Positions 29,601 to 40,073 of a stretch of 64,000 nucleotides of DNA are shown here, piece by piece. The position numbers and the translations under genes were made by a program. This DNA comes from an uncultured delta proteobacterium (GTDB lineage Bacteria; Myxococcota_A; Polyangia; Fen-1088), in NCBI GenBank assembly GCA_963796685.1, contig CAWCMR010000025.1:1088001-1152000 (forward strand). Direction: 5' to 3'. Positions within the stretch are counted from its first letter, which is position 1; each line of letters starts with the position of its first letter. The notes below the pieces were generated by a model that worked only from the letters and a program-made list of their open reading frames with translations, was not told the origin of the DNA and ran no database searches.

Positions 29601-30775
29601 GGCCGCCTCTGGGCTGGGGCTGCCGGCCAGCCCGGTGGTGGCGTCGCACCTGGCGCCGCGGAAGCGGGTGCCGGAGCCGCCGGGTAGCCGGCAGGTGCGG
29701 GTGCCGCGGGGTAACCTGGGGCAGCCGGGTATCTGCCGGTTGCGGGCGCGGGCGCCGCCGGATAGCCGGGCGCGGGCGCGGGCGGATAGGCGGGCGCGGG
29801 CGCCGCCGGATAGGCGCCTTGGCCAGGAGGCCGCTTGGCGTCGTCGGCGGCCTTCTTGGCCGCGCGCTGGCGCTCGCGCTCTTCCTGCTTCTTCTGCCGT
29901 TCGATGCGCTTCTGCTCTTTATTGATCCCTTCTTGCGCCTCGCTGATATAGGCGTCCGCCTCGGGTGGCACCGGCTGTCCTGCGCTGACCAGCATCTGCC
30001 GATACTGCTGGAGGTAGGTGATGGCGGTGTTCAGCTTCGCCGTCGTATCCATGTTGGGCATCTTCTCGGCGTCGAGGTACAGGATGCCCAGGTTGAAGAC
30101 CGCATCGGCGTAGCGCGGGAAGAGCGCCAGGGCCTGCTTGTATTCGGCCAGCGCCTTGTCGTACTGCTTGACGCCCCGGAAGGCGCTGCCCAGGTTGAGG
30201 TGCGCCTTGGTGAAGGTGGGTTGCAGTTGGACGGCTCTCTGCAGCACCGGTCCCGCCTCGCGGTAGTTCTTGACCACCAGGTACTCGGCCCCGAGGTTGT
30301 TCCACAAGATGGCGTTGTCGGGCCTGGCCTCGGCGGCCTTCCTGAATTGCTCGATGGCGCCGGAGGTGTTCTTCTTGTCGATCTCCATGAAGCCCTGCAT
30401 CTCGTAGATGTCCGAGCGCTCGGCCTCGCTGGCGCCCGCGTTCTTCATCATGTCGCCCAGGGTCTTGACCCACTCGTTCTTGCCCATCTTGAAATAGGCC
30501 TTGGCCATGACCAGCATGGCCGGGGTGTAGCGCTCGTTCTTGTTCAGCGCGGCCTTGGCCTGGATGACGGCGCCCTGGTAGTTGCGCGCCTCGTAGAGCT
30601 TCTGCGCGGCCTTGACCTCGGCGGTGGGGATCACCGCCGGCGGGGGCTGGCGCCGCTTGTGCACGCCCGGCGCGGTCGCGTCTTGCGCCCCGGCCAGAAC
30701 CGGCCACGCCAGGCTGACCGTAAGAGCCAGGGCGGGAAGGGCACGGCGCATGATCGTCATCCTGGTGGCCATCAC
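29597..30775 (-). CDS. Exported TPR protein (GltE/AglT-like) with Pro/Ala/Tyr-rich tail
   Basis: TPR motifs WNNLG, HLNLG, FNLGILYLD; PAAPAPGY repeats. Confidence 0.8.
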   Translation of the reverse strand: MMATRMTIMRRALPALALTVSLAWPVLAGAQDATAPGVHKRRQPPPAVIPTAEVKAAQKLYEARNYQGAVIQAKAALNKNERYTPAMLVMAKAYFKMGKNEWVKTLGDMMKNAGASEAERSDIYEMQGFMEIDKKNTSGAIEQFRKAAEARPDNAILWNNLGAEYLVVKNYREAGPVLQRAVQLQPTFTKAHLNLGSAFRGVKQYDKALAEYKQALALFPRYADAVFNLGILYLDAEKMPNMDTTAKLNTAITYLQQYRQMLVSAGQPVPPEADAYISEAQEGINKEQKRIERQKKQEERERQRAAKKAADDAKRPPGQGAYPAAPAPAYPPAPAPGYPAAPAPATGRYPAAPGYPAAPAPAGYPAAPAPASAAPGATPPPGWPAAPAQRRP

Positions 30776-33700
30776 GGGTACTCCAGCCCGATGCGTTCAT
30801 CCTTGATGAAGGGGAACTCGTCGGGCAGGTACTTCGACAGGTTCTCCCTCGCCTTCTTCACGTATTCGTTGGTCACGCCGAGATCGGCCGCCCGGTCGAG
30901 CGTCGCCTTCCATTGCTTCTTGGCCTCGTCCTCGACGGGCGTGACGAACTGGTAGATGGCGTCCTTGTACTGGCTCTCGGCCACGCCGCACAAATCGGGA
31001 TCGGCCTTACACGCCTTCTTGGACAGCTTCTTGACTTCCTCGGGCGGATTGTCCGCGGCCTTGATCAGCTTCTGCGCGAACTCGTAGAAGATGTCGCCGC
31101 GGCGGAGGAACGAGGCCAAGGTCCAGTTGGCGTCCTTGTAGTCCCAGATCTTGGCGTACTCGTCTTCCAGCTCCTTGGCTTCGGCGGTGAACGCGTCGAA
31201 CACCTTGCGCACCTGCTTGGGGTCGCTGGTGAAGTGCAGGGTCTTGGCCTGGAAGGCCTTGAACTTGTCTTCGAGGATGAGGTAGTCGGCCTTGGCAGCA
31301 GCCGCGGCGGCCGGGGTCGCCGCCGGTAGGTTCCGCGCGATGAACTCGTCGCGCACCTTCTTGTAGGCGGCCAGGACCGCGCGCTTGTCGCGCCCCTGCT
31401 CGGCCAGGGTGGCGAGCTGAAGGTAGGCCTTGACCACGTACTCGCCAGCGCCGTCCTGCTTGCCGTAGCGCTTGATGAGCTCGTGCAGACACGACACCTG
31501 CTTGGCGGTGTCCATGGCCTTTTCATACGCCGTGCAGGCAAAGGAGAAGGCCTGCGCGGACTCGGTCGGCTTGTCGGAGATGTTGGTGGAGTACTTCTTG
31601 TACAAATCCGCCGCGCGTTCGTACTGCTGATCGTTGTCGAGCAGTTGGGCCGCGATCCCCAGGGCCTCTTTGCGATGCTCGTAGTTCGCGAACCTGGGAT
31701 CCGTGGCTACCTTGAGATAGCCGGTCACGGCCTTCTCGAACTCGAAGAAGCGGTACTCGTTGCGGGCCGCGTTCCACACCGCGTCCTTGGCCAGCGGCGT
31801 GTCCGGGTAGTCGTGCGCCAGGCGGTCGTAGCACTTGGTGGCCTCGCCGTACTTGAAGATCTTTTCGTAGATCACGCAGGCGTTGTTGAGGTTGCTCGGC
31901 GCATCCTGATCCTTGGGATTGGCGGCGACGAGATCCATCAGGTCCAGGGCCAGGCCTTCGTCGAGCTCGGTTCCCGTCTTGCTGCGCGGCTGCGCCCCGG
32001 CGGCGGGCTTGCCGGCCTTCTCGCCTGTGCCGGCCACCTGGGCGAGCGTGGCGGTTCCGGTGACGATGGCGATGCCGCCCGCGCCTTCGCGGCACTGCAC
32101 GAGCTGTTTGTCGGTGCCATTCGCCTCGTTCTCCAAGGCGATATCGAGACGCTTCTTGATGACCGTGGTCTTGACCGAGGACTTGATCTCCTGGATGCGG
32201 GCCAGGTACGGCTTGGCCAGCGGCGACTTGCTGCACGGCGATTCGCCGAACTTGTCGACCACCTGGAGCAACCGACCGAGCGCGCAGTCCTTGGCCTCTT
32301 CGTCGTCGATGTTGTAGTCGATGAAGTAGGTGGTCAGGACGGCGTCGTAGGCCTTGAAGCCGATCTCGGGCTTGGTCGCGCAGTAGGCGTCCGAGATCTC
32401 GGCCAGGCGAGCACGCGCGTCGGGCCAATCGCGGTGCTTGAGCAGCAGCACGGCCGCGGCGTAGCGCAGATCGGGCACGCGAGGATCGTCGGGTAGATTG
32501 GTCACGTACCAGTCGAGCGCCTGCAGGTAGCTCTTGTAAAGCTCGTGCATGGGCAGCGCCGTGACCGGCGGCTTGGTGTTCTTCTCGTCCGGGATGGGCG
32601 GATCTTCGATGCGCCTTTCCGCCTTGTACTTGTCGATGAGCTCTTCCAGGGCCTTGATGACCTGCAGGGCCGCGTCCTTCTGGTACTTGTTGTCGACGTT
32701 CGAGTCGCGCACGGCGATGTAGGCCGGGATCGATTCCTGCACCTCGCCGCCGTAGTAGAGCGTGTCGGCGTAGAAGGCCGAGAACTCGTAGGCGCGCTTC
32801 GAGTTGGGATAGGCGTTGAGGTACTTCTCGTAAAGCTCGGCCGCCGTCCGGTAGGTCTGCTGGCACTCCGCGAGCTTCTTGACGTCGGAGGGGGTCTGCT
32901 GCGCCTTCGCCCGGCAGGCTTGCGCCGCAGCGTGCACGTTGGTCGCCGCGGTCAGCAAGGCGTCCTCGGCGAGTTGCGCGGCCACGGCCAGGGCCTCGGG
33001 GTTGTTGGTGTTCTGTTGGTACCACGCGCTGCCCTTGCTGTAGTTGCGCCCGAGCATCTCGCGCTCTTTGGCGGCGGCCAGCAGATTGCGGTCGCGCTCG
33101 TAGGCCTTCACGATCTTCTCTTGCAGCTTGGGCGCGTCGGCGAAGTACGGCCACATCTGCAGGATGTACTTGTAGACCGCGATGGCGTCGCTGTACTTGG
33201 TGGAATCGAAGTAGATGTCGCCCAGGCGCTGGAAGACCTCCTTGACGTGCGGCTCGCCCTCGCGGCCGCGGTAGAAGTCCTGCGCGCGCTGCAGGCCGGT
33301 CACGGGATCAGGGAGGTTGTCGCCATCCCAATCGGGCTCGGAGAAGCTGATACCGAGGTACTGGATGGCCTCGGGCCGCAGCTCGGAGCCGAACTTGTCG
33401 CCCGCGGCCTTCTTGCTGTCGGCCCAGGTGACCAGACCGTCGAACTCCTTGATGGCGTCGAGGTAGCGATTGTCCCGGTAGTACGACCAGGCCAGCTTGT
33501 AGATGGCCTTGTCGTAGTACGACGAGTTCTTGAACTGCAGGACGCGCCCGTAGGCCGAAATGGCGTGCGCCAGCTCGGCGGCATCGAAGTGCATTTCACC
33601 GATGCGCGTCCAGGCCTCGGGCAAGAACTTCGAATCCTTCTTGATGGGGGTGCAGTCCTTGTAGTAGTCGACCAGCGGCCCCTTGCTGAGCCCGGTCGAC

Positions 33701-34386
33701 GGCGGCACCTTGCTGGGCGCATCGAGCGGCTTGTACTCGTTCGCGCACACGAGAGCGAGCAGGGCCTGGCGCGCCTCGGGATCCTGTCCCATCTCACCGA
33801 GGCAGAACCCGAGCAGATAGTAGGTCGCGTCGAGCAGGCGGTAGTTGGGAAACTCGACCAGCAGTCGGCGGTACAGCGCGACGGTCTGGGTGTAGTCGGC
33901 CTTGGGCGATGGCCCGGTGGGCGGATTGGCCGAATCGAGGGCCTTCTGGTAGTCGTCTTGCGCGGTCAGGAATTCGTCGGACGACTTCTCGTAGTAGAGC
34001 TCGGCCAAGCGGAACATGACATCCGGGGTCCACTTCCTGTCCGTCGGGTACTTGCGCAGGAAGCCCTCGAGCACGGCGATGGCGTCCATGCGCCGCTGCT
34101 TCTCCTCCTTCTCGTTGAAGGAGATCATCGGCTCGTACTTGTCGTGGATGGCCTTCATCTTCTCGAAGTAGGTCTGCTTGATGATGCCGCTGGCGGCCCT
34201 GCGAAAGCCGCTCACCTCCTCCGCGTAGCGCGTGAGATCGGCGGCCATTTCGTCGACGGCCTTGGGATCGACGGGCCCTTCCCTGAACCTGGCCGGAGCG
34301 GCGCGCAGGCTCGCGGATACAAAAAGGACGCACGCAAACGCGAGGGTGCGAGAAGCCCGTCGGAATATTGGGGGTTGCCCGGCCAC
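30772..34386 (-). CDS. Large exported TPR protein (GltD/AgmU-like)
   Basis: About 1200 aa, probable GTG start 34386; FRLAELYYE, YDKAIYKLAWSYY and LRPEAIQYL motifs. Confidence 0.8.
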   Translation of the reverse strand: MAGQPPIFRRASRTLAFACVLFVSASLRAAPARFREGPVDPKAVDEMAADLTRYAEEVSGFRRAASGIIKQTYFEKMKAIHDKYEPMISFNEKEEKQRRMDAIAVLEGFLRKYPTDRKWTPDVMFRLAELYYEKSSDEFLTAQDDYQKALDSANPPTGPSPKADYTQTVALYRRLLVEFPNYRLLDATYYLLGFCLGEMGQDPEARQALLALVCANEYKPLDAPSKVPPSTGLSKGPLVDYYKDCTPIKKDSKFLPEAWTRIGEMHFDAAELAHAISAYGRVLQFKNSSYYDKAIYKLAWSYYRDNRYLDAIKEFDGLVTWADSKKAAGDKFGSELRPEAIQYLGISFSEPDWDGDNLPDPVTGLQRAQDFYRGREGEPHVKEVFQRLGDIYFDSTKYSDAIAVYKYILQMWPYFADAPKLQEKIVKAYERDRNLLAAAKEREMLGRNYSKGSAWYQQNTNNPEALAVAAQLAEDALLTAATNVHAAAQACRAKAQQTPSDVKKLAECQQTYRTAAELYEKYLNAYPNSKRAYEFSAFYADTLYYGGEVQESIPAYIAVRDSNVDNKYQKDAALQVIKALEELIDKYKAERRIEDPPIPDEKNTKPPVTALPMHELYKSYLQALDWYVTNLPDDPRVPDLRYAAAVLLLKHRDWPDARARLAEISDAYCATKPEIGFKAYDAVLTTYFIDYNIDDEEAKDCALGRLLQVVDKFGESPCSKSPLAKPYLARIQEIKSSVKTTVIKKRLDIALENEANGTDKQLVQCREGAGGIAIVTGTATLAQVAGTGEKAGKPAAGAQPRSKTGTELDEGLALDLMDLVAANPKDQDAPSNLNNACVIYEKIFKYGEATKCYDRLAHDYPDTPLAKDAVWNAARNEYRFFEFEKAVTGYLKVATDPRFANYEHRKEALGIAAQLLDNDQQYERAADLYKKYSTNISDKPTESAQAFSFACTAYEKAMDTAKQVSCLHELIKRYGKQDGAGEYVVKAYLQLATLAEQGRDKRAVLAAYKKVRDEFIARNLPAATPAAAAAAKADYLILEDKFKAFQAKTLHFTSDPKQVRKVFDAFTAEAKELEDEYAKIWDYKDANWTLASFLRRGDIFYEFAQKLIKAADNPPEEVKKLSKKACKADPDLCGVAESQYKDAIYQFVTPVEDEAKKQWKATLDRAADLGVTNEYVKKARENLSKYLPDEFPFIKDERIGLEYP

Positions 34387-34388
34387 GC

Positions 34389-36734
34389 CTACTTCTCCTC
34401 CTCGAGCAGGGGGCGGAAGTCCTCCTCGACCGTCTTGAGCTCCAGCTTTTGTTGGTTGATGAGCTTGGACACCGCCGAGGTCCGTGCGTCCTTGAGCCCC
34501 CACGCCACGTCGACCAAACCGACATCGGACTGCACGAGGAGATCGTAGAACCGGTCGGTGACCTTGGAGAGCATGGCGAACGCCAGGCCGCCGCCAAGGC
34601 TCTGCGATTCGTTGATGATGCCGCCCAGCTTGACGTTGGCGGACTGCAAATCGCCCCTTTCGGCCAGGAGCTGCTGCTTGAGCGCGACCAGGCGCCTTTG
34701 CGCCGCGGCCTCGATCTTGGCGTCGAGATCCGCCAGGTGGGCTTGCACCGCGTCGGCACGTTCGAGCACCGAAACGATGGCGTCGAAATCGCGCTGCTGA
34801 CCCGGGGAAAGCCTGGACCGCGCGTCTTGGTAAACCGCGCGCTCTTTCTTCATGCTGTCCACCAGATCGGCGATGGCGCCGCGATCCTCGTCGCCGGTAG
34901 CCGCCTCCACCGTGGCCTCGCGCGCCGCCTCGGCGATGTTGTTGCGGATGCGATCGTTCGAGGCGCGCAGCTCGGCGATCGCCTCGCGCATGCCGGCCAC
35001 GGGTTGGATCAGCTCCTCGGGCTTGATCTTCTGATCCGCCCGCGACTTGATGAAGTACTGCTCGATGGCGACCAGCTCGGCCTCCATGCCTTGCACCATG
35101 ACGTTCAGCTCGGAGGCTTCAGCGTCGAGCTTCTCCAGCGCCGCCCGCGCGCGCTTCTCGCGATCCTGCAGCCCGGCCGCGGTCAGCGGTAAACCCGCCA
35201 GCTCTTTCTCGGCGGTCATGCGCTCGACACCGATCCGCTCGAGCTTGCCCTTGTCCTCTGCGCTCACCGCACCGGCGGTCAGGACGCCGAGCTTGGCCAC
35301 GAAGCGCTGGCGCAGCTCGACCATTTGGTTGAGCACCGCGGAGGTGCGGGTGCGCACCGCCGCGAGGTCGGGGAAAATGCCAACCTTGAGCTGTCCGTTA
35401 ACCGCCATCTCGAGCCTGGAAAGCGTCTGCTCGGAATCCTTGATCCCGCGTTGCAGGTCGCCCACGTCCTCGGTCAGGCTCACCAACCTGGCCACCGATG
35501 GGTCCGTCTTCACCCACTTGACCGCGAGCTTGGGGATGAGCACGCTGATATCGAACTTCTCCATGCCCTTGCCCACCAAGGAATCGAAGTACTTGGGATC
35601 GGCTTTGCACTTGGCCAGGCTTTCTTCGAGCTCGTGATAGATGGGCTGGAACTGGTCGCGCGCCTGCATGAACGCGTCGTTGGCCAACGAGAAATTGCCC
35701 AGGCGAACGTGCAGGTTCCCCATCAGCAGGCGATGCTCGGGGGCCTCGGGGCTGTCCGGGTTCTGCAGCAGCATCAAATCCAGCGCCCGGTACGCGGCCT
35801 GGTAGTCCCTGGCCTTGATGGACGTCCAGGCCAGCTCGTTCATGGCTTCCTCGAAGTGAAGCGATTGGCGCGGAATGGTGCTGTAGGCCTCGCGAGCCAG
35901 GTCGAACTGGTCGCGCTCGTAGTACAGCCGCCCGATGGCCAGGCGGGCCAGCTCCTGGATTTCCTTCTCGGTGTCGTTGCGCGGCTGCGCGCGCGCCACA
36001 CCGTCGAACATGGCCAGCGCGGCGGCCAGATCGCCCTTCTGGACCTCGGCGGTGGCCGAGAAGTAGCGCGCCTGCAGGTAGTAAGGGCTGGCGGCCGGGA
36101 TGCCCGCGAACGTCGCCAGCGCCTCGTCGGTGCGGCCGCGGAAAAACGCGTACTTGCCGCGCACGTAGGGCACCGACGGCTCGAGCTGATCGACGGGGAT
36201 GGACGCCAGCCGCTTCAGATAGTCGTCGACGTGCTCGAAGTCCTGGGTATGCAGGCCGATCTCGATGAGTTTCTGCAACGCCTGCTGTTCGAGGCGCGAG
36301 CCCGTGTTCTTCTGCACCGCCAGCTCGAGGTAGTGGCGGGCCGAATTGTAGTCCTTCTCCTGGAACAGCGCCTGGCCGAGCAGAACCAGGGCGTCTTCGT
36401 AGCCCTGGGCGTTGGGATACTTCTCGACGACGTCGAGCAGAATGGTCGCGGCCTCGTTGTAGTTCTTGAGCTTGAAGAGCATCTCGGCGTCGACCACCCG
36501 CCGCATGGCGATGGCCGGATCCACCGGGGCGACGTCCCGGAACTCGCTGGAGATGGCGCGCACCCGGTCCTCCATGTCCGAGAGCTTGGCGTTCGCGTCC
36601 TCGAATTCGCCGGCCCGGACGCGTGCCGCCGGCAACAAGGAGGCCAACGCGAAGACGCAGGGAAGAACGCGGGAACGCAGGCGAGGCGCCTGCCCCGCCC
36701 TCACGCGAAGATCGGTCCCTGTCGGCTGGTTCAT
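34389..36734 (-). CDS. Exported TPR and coiled-coil protein
   Basis: 781 aa; signal-like region, TPR repeats, C-terminal DVGLVDVAW. Confidence 0.8.
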   Translation of the reverse strand: MNQPTGTDLRVRAGQAPRLRSRVLPCVFALASLLPAARVRAGEFEDANAKLSDMEDRVRAISSEFRDVAPVDPAIAMRRVVDAEMLFKLKNYNEAATILLDVVEKYPNAQGYEDALVLLGQALFQEKDYNSARHYLELAVQKNTGSRLEQQALQKLIEIGLHTQDFEHVDDYLKRLASIPVDQLEPSVPYVRGKYAFFRGRTDEALATFAGIPAASPYYLQARYFSATAEVQKGDLAAALAMFDGVARAQPRNDTEKEIQELARLAIGRLYYERDQFDLAREAYSTIPRQSLHFEEAMNELAWTSIKARDYQAAYRALDLMLLQNPDSPEAPEHRLLMGNLHVRLGNFSLANDAFMQARDQFQPIYHELEESLAKCKADPKYFDSLVGKGMEKFDISVLIPKLAVKWVKTDPSVARLVSLTEDVGDLQRGIKDSEQTLSRLEMAVNGQLKVGIFPDLAAVRTRTSAVLNQMVELRQRFVAKLGVLTAGAVSAEDKGKLERIGVERMTAEKELAGLPLTAAGLQDREKRARAALEKLDAEASELNVMVQGMEAELVAIEQYFIKSRADQKIKPEELIQPVAGMREAIAELRASNDRIRNNIAEAAREATVEAATGDEDRGAIADLVDSMKKERAVYQDARSRLSPGQQRDFDAIVSVLERADAVQAHLADLDAKIEAAAQRRLVALKQQLLAERGDLQSANVKLGGIINESQSLGGGLAFAMLSKVTDRFYDLLVQSDVGLVDVAWGLKDARTSAVSKLINQQKLELKTVEEDFRPLLEEEK

Positions 36735-36761
36735 CGGATGATCCTCAACAGCGTACCGATG

Positions 36762-37439
36762 CTACTTCTTCGCCGCCGGTGAAACGGTGCCCTCGGGCGC
36801 CACCAGGTTGACCTTGAACTCGACCGCGGGCTTGTCTTCCATGTTGGTGGTGAGCCCGCCCTTTTCGTAGCCCACCACGGTCACCACGGTGGCCTTGCCG
36901 TCCGCGGCCAGGAAGGTGTTGCTGGAGCTGGCCTTGAACTTGTAGCCCTTGAGGTAGCTGAACACGCCGAACCCGCTGCCCTGGTAGACGAGCTGCACGG
37001 ACAGGGTGTGGTTGCCCGGCTGGATGGCGCCGTTGTACACGTCGAACTCGGGCATGTCGGCCAGGCGGCCGGTATCGTCGACCTTGTTCATGATCTGGAC
37101 GCCGTCGAGAGCGTACACGACCTTGATCAGGCGGAAGGTCGCGCCCATCTCGTTTTTGTGCTTGATGACACATCGCGATGCGCCAATGACGCCGCCGAGC
37201 ACGGTCTCCTTGAGCAGGTTGAGGCGCGCGCGGGTGCGGAAGACCTGCTCCTTGAGATCGTTGACGTTGCGCTCGAGCGCTTTGAGGCGAACCGCCGAGG
37301 CGCTGCTATCGCCAGGTGCGGCGGCGGGGTCAGGGGCGGGGGCGGCGATCGGCGTGGCGTCCGCGGCTTCGGCGCGCGGAAGGCAGACGCTGCCAGCGAG
37401 CAAAAAGCCCAGGACCCCCCAAATTCGTCGAGTCTTCAT
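36762..37439 (-). CDS. Exported protein, first gene of the Glt-like operon
   Basis: ATG 37439; signal peptide, coiled coil LKEQVFRTRARLNLLKETVL, beta-rich C-terminal domain. Confidence 0.8.
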   Translation of the reverse strand: MKTRRIWGVLGFLLAGSVCLPRAEAADATPIAAPAPDPAAAPGDSSASAVRLKALERNVNDLKEQVFRTRARLNLLKETVLGGVIGASRCVIKHKNEMGATFRLIKVVYALDGVQIMNKVDDTGRLADMPEFDVYNGAIQPGNHTLSVQLVYQGSGFGVFSYLKGYKFKASSSNTFLAADGKATVVTVVGYEKGGLTTNMEDKPAVEFKVNLVAPEGTVSPAAKK

Positions 37440-37873
37440 CTCAAAGCTCCTTCTGAGCATCCGGTCGCTGAGTGCCGGGCCTGGCCCGCCCCCTGGAATC
37501 GAGATGGGGCGGCTGCCCCAAGCTCGCACCGGAGGGAAGTAGTCTATAGCAGGCGGCTCCGAGTCTAGTCAAAAGCACCTCGCTCCTCGGATCGCGCACA
37601 CTCACGCTTCTCCGATGGCAGGCGCATCCTATCAGAAGTTCTTCGAGACCGCCCGCGACTAGTTTGTGTCCGGTGTCGTAGGATTTTGGTCTCTCTGAAA
37701 ACACCTCGCCCCGCGCAGCGGGCGAGGGCGCGGCGAAGCCGCGGGGGCAGGTGTAGGGCGTGCAGGACCCGAAGTGCCCGCAGGGCTGAGAGGTCGCCGA
37801 GCGCAGCGAGGCGGGTGAGGGGCTCTACGTTTCGTGAAGAATCCGGGCCTTCGGGTCGACGGCTTTACTGGGG

Positions 37874-38894
37874 CTAACTTTGCTTTTGCCTGGCCTTGGC
37901 CAGCGCCTTCCAGGCCGCCTCGAGGACCTCGGGAAGCCCCTCGCCCGTGGCCGCGCTGATGCCGTAAAGCTTCAGACCACGACGCAAGAATAGCTTCTTG
38001 ATGGCAGGCAACCGCTTGCGCGTGGCGGGCAGGTCGACCTTGTTGAGCACCACGATCTCGTCCCGCGCCGCCATCTTGGCGTCGTACAGCTCGAAGCTCG
38101 CGGCGAAGCGCCAGGTAGTCGCGCAAGGGCGTGCGGCCGGGAATTGCGTTGAGCTCGAGGATGTGGACCAGCACCCGCGTGCGTTCGAGGTGGCGCAGAA
38201 ACTGGTGCCCGAGCCCGGCGCCGGCATGGGCGCCCTCGATGAGCCCGGGTACGTCCGCGAGCACCAGCGAACGTTCGCCCGGAAGTTGCACCACGCCGAG
38301 ATTCGGGATGAGCGTGGTGAAGGGATAGTCCGCGATCTTGGGCCGCGCGGCCGAGACGCGGGTGATGAAGGACGACTTGCCCACGTTGGGGAAACCGACC
38401 AAGCCCACGTCGGCGAGCAGCTTGAGCTCGAGCCGGATGACCCGTTCCTGGCCGGGTCGCCCGCGCTCGAAGTGCCTGGGTGCGCGGTCGGTGGGGGTGG
38501 CGAAGTGGATGTTGCCCCGGCCGCCCTGCCCCCCCCTGGCCGCGTAGAAACGTTGGCCGTGCGTGCGCAGATCTCCCAGCAGCACCGAGGTGGTGTCGTC
38601 GTACACCATGGTGCCGGCGGGGACGCGCAGGATCATGTCTTGCCCGCCCTTGCCGTACTTGTCCTTGTTGCCGCCGCGCTCGCCCGACTCCGCGTGGTGC
38701 TCGTGGCGAAAGCGGAAGTCGAGCAGGGTCGACATCCCCTCGTCCACTTCGAGGATGACGCTGCCGCCGTTGCCGCCGTCGCCGCCCGCAGGACCGCCCT
38801 TAGGCACGAACTTCTCCCGGCGCCAGGCCACGGCCCCATCGCCACCATTTCCCCCCCGCACGCTGATGCGCGCTCGATCGATGAAGGCCGTCAT
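37874..38894 (-). CDS. obgE: GTPase ObgE, +1 frameshift near 38094 (probable sequencing error)
   Basis: Gly-rich Obg fold; [22 protein letters not shown]; NKVD and ISA motifs in the second frame. Confidence 0.95.
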
Positions 38895-38898
38895 TTAA

Positions 38899-39350
38899 AT
38901 GGGAACCCTGGAAGGGTTCCCATACCCTCCCGCGATGGTCCGCGCCGAGCCAAGCTCGGCGGCTCCCCACGCGTCCAAAATAGAAACCCTGCCCTGAACA
39001 CACCTCGCCCCGCGTAGCGTAGCGTAGCGGGGAGAGGTCGCCGAGCGCAGCGAGGCGGGTGAGGGGCTGTCACGTCTCATGCCTGAAGGATCCGGCTTTC
39101 TGCCAGCGGCGGTACTGGAAGAGTTCCCATACCCTGCCCTGAACACACCTCGCCCCGCGTAGCGGAGCGTAGCGGGGAGAGGTCGCCGAGCGCAGCGAGG
39201 CGGGTGAGGGGCTGTCACGTCTCATGCCTGAAGGATCCGGCTTTCCGCCGGGCGGTGTTACTGGGAGGGTTCCCTTACCCTCCCGCGCTCTGGCGGAGCC
39301 GGGCTGGCCCCTCACCCTAACCCTCTCCCCGCTGCGCGGGGCGAGGGGAT
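38899..39350. repeat. Composite intergenic repeat: two-hairpin GGGAACCCT element, ~145-bp tandem duplication and BoxC-like palindromes
   Basis: Element at 38899-38974; 38986-39130 is repeated from 39131. Confidence 0.85.
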
Positions 39351-39406
39351 CGGAGGGTACTCGCGGGTGCCAACTTCTTGAGCTCTCGTTCAATCCGTTC
39401 GGCGCT

Positions 39407-39658
39407 CTAGCCCGCCTCGATGCTGACGAGCTTGCGGTTGCCGGACTGGCTGTACTTCACCTTGCCGGTCTTGAGGGCGAAGAGCGTGAAGTCACGCCCC
39501 ATGCCCACGTTGTGGCCGGGGTGAAAGAGCGTACCGACCTGGCGAACCAGGATGTTGCCGGCCAGAACCTGCTCGCCGGCGAAGCGCTTCACGCCCCGTC
39601 GTTGCGACTGCGAATCACGACCGTTGCGCGAGCTGCCTTGACCCTTTTTGTGTGCCAT
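39407..39658 (-). CDS. rpmA: 50S ribosomal protein L27
   Basis: [16 protein letters not shown]. Confidence 0.98.
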   Translation of the reverse strand: MAHKKGQGSSRNGRDSQSQRRGVKRFAGEQVLAGNILVRQVGTLFHPGHNVGMGRDFTLFALKTGKVKYSQSGNRKLVSIEAG

Positions 39659-39663
39659 GGCGT

Positions 39664-39981
39664 CTACGCTCCTGCCTTGATGGAGACGATCTTCAGCGCG
39701 GTGAACGGCTGACGATGCCCCGTCTTGCGCCGGTACGACTTACGCCGCTTGTACTTGTAGATGATGATCTTGTCACCGAGATCCTGACCGAGAACCTCCG
39801 CCTCGACTTGGATGCCCGAGACGTTGGGCTTGCCGATTTGGACGTTTCCGCCATCGTCGGCGAAGAGCAAAGGCGAGAAAGAAAGCTTATCTCCGGTGTT
39901 CGCGGAAAGCTTTTCGACGCGCAGAGTTTCCCCCTCGGCGACGCGATATTGCTTTCCTCCGGTTTGAATGACGGCGTACAT
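39664..39981 (-). CDS. rplU: 50S ribosomal protein L21
   Basis: [14 protein letters not shown]...GHRQ. Confidence 0.98.
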   Translation of the reverse strand: MYAVIQTGGKQYRVAEGETLRVEKLSANTGDKLSFSPLLFADDGGNVQIGKPNVSGIQVEAEVLGQDLGDKIIIYKYKRRKSYRRKTGHRQPFTALKIVSIKAGA

Positions 39982-40073
39982 GGCTTGGGCTCCAGAGCGA
40001 GGCGCGTAATTTAGAGGAGATTGGCGCGCTGTCAAGGGAGATGTGTCCAGAAGCTGGTAATCTCGACTTCAGG

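Noticed and set aside
27730-29649. 639-aa version of the GltG-like ORF
   Set aside because: The extension overlaps the GltF-like gene; ATG 29133 with an upstream purine-rich RBS is more plausible
37874-38894. obgE pseudogene or programmed frameshift
   Set aside because: Normally essential gene, no slippery heptamer, and the indel sits in the same motif as the other breaks; a sequencing artefact is more likely
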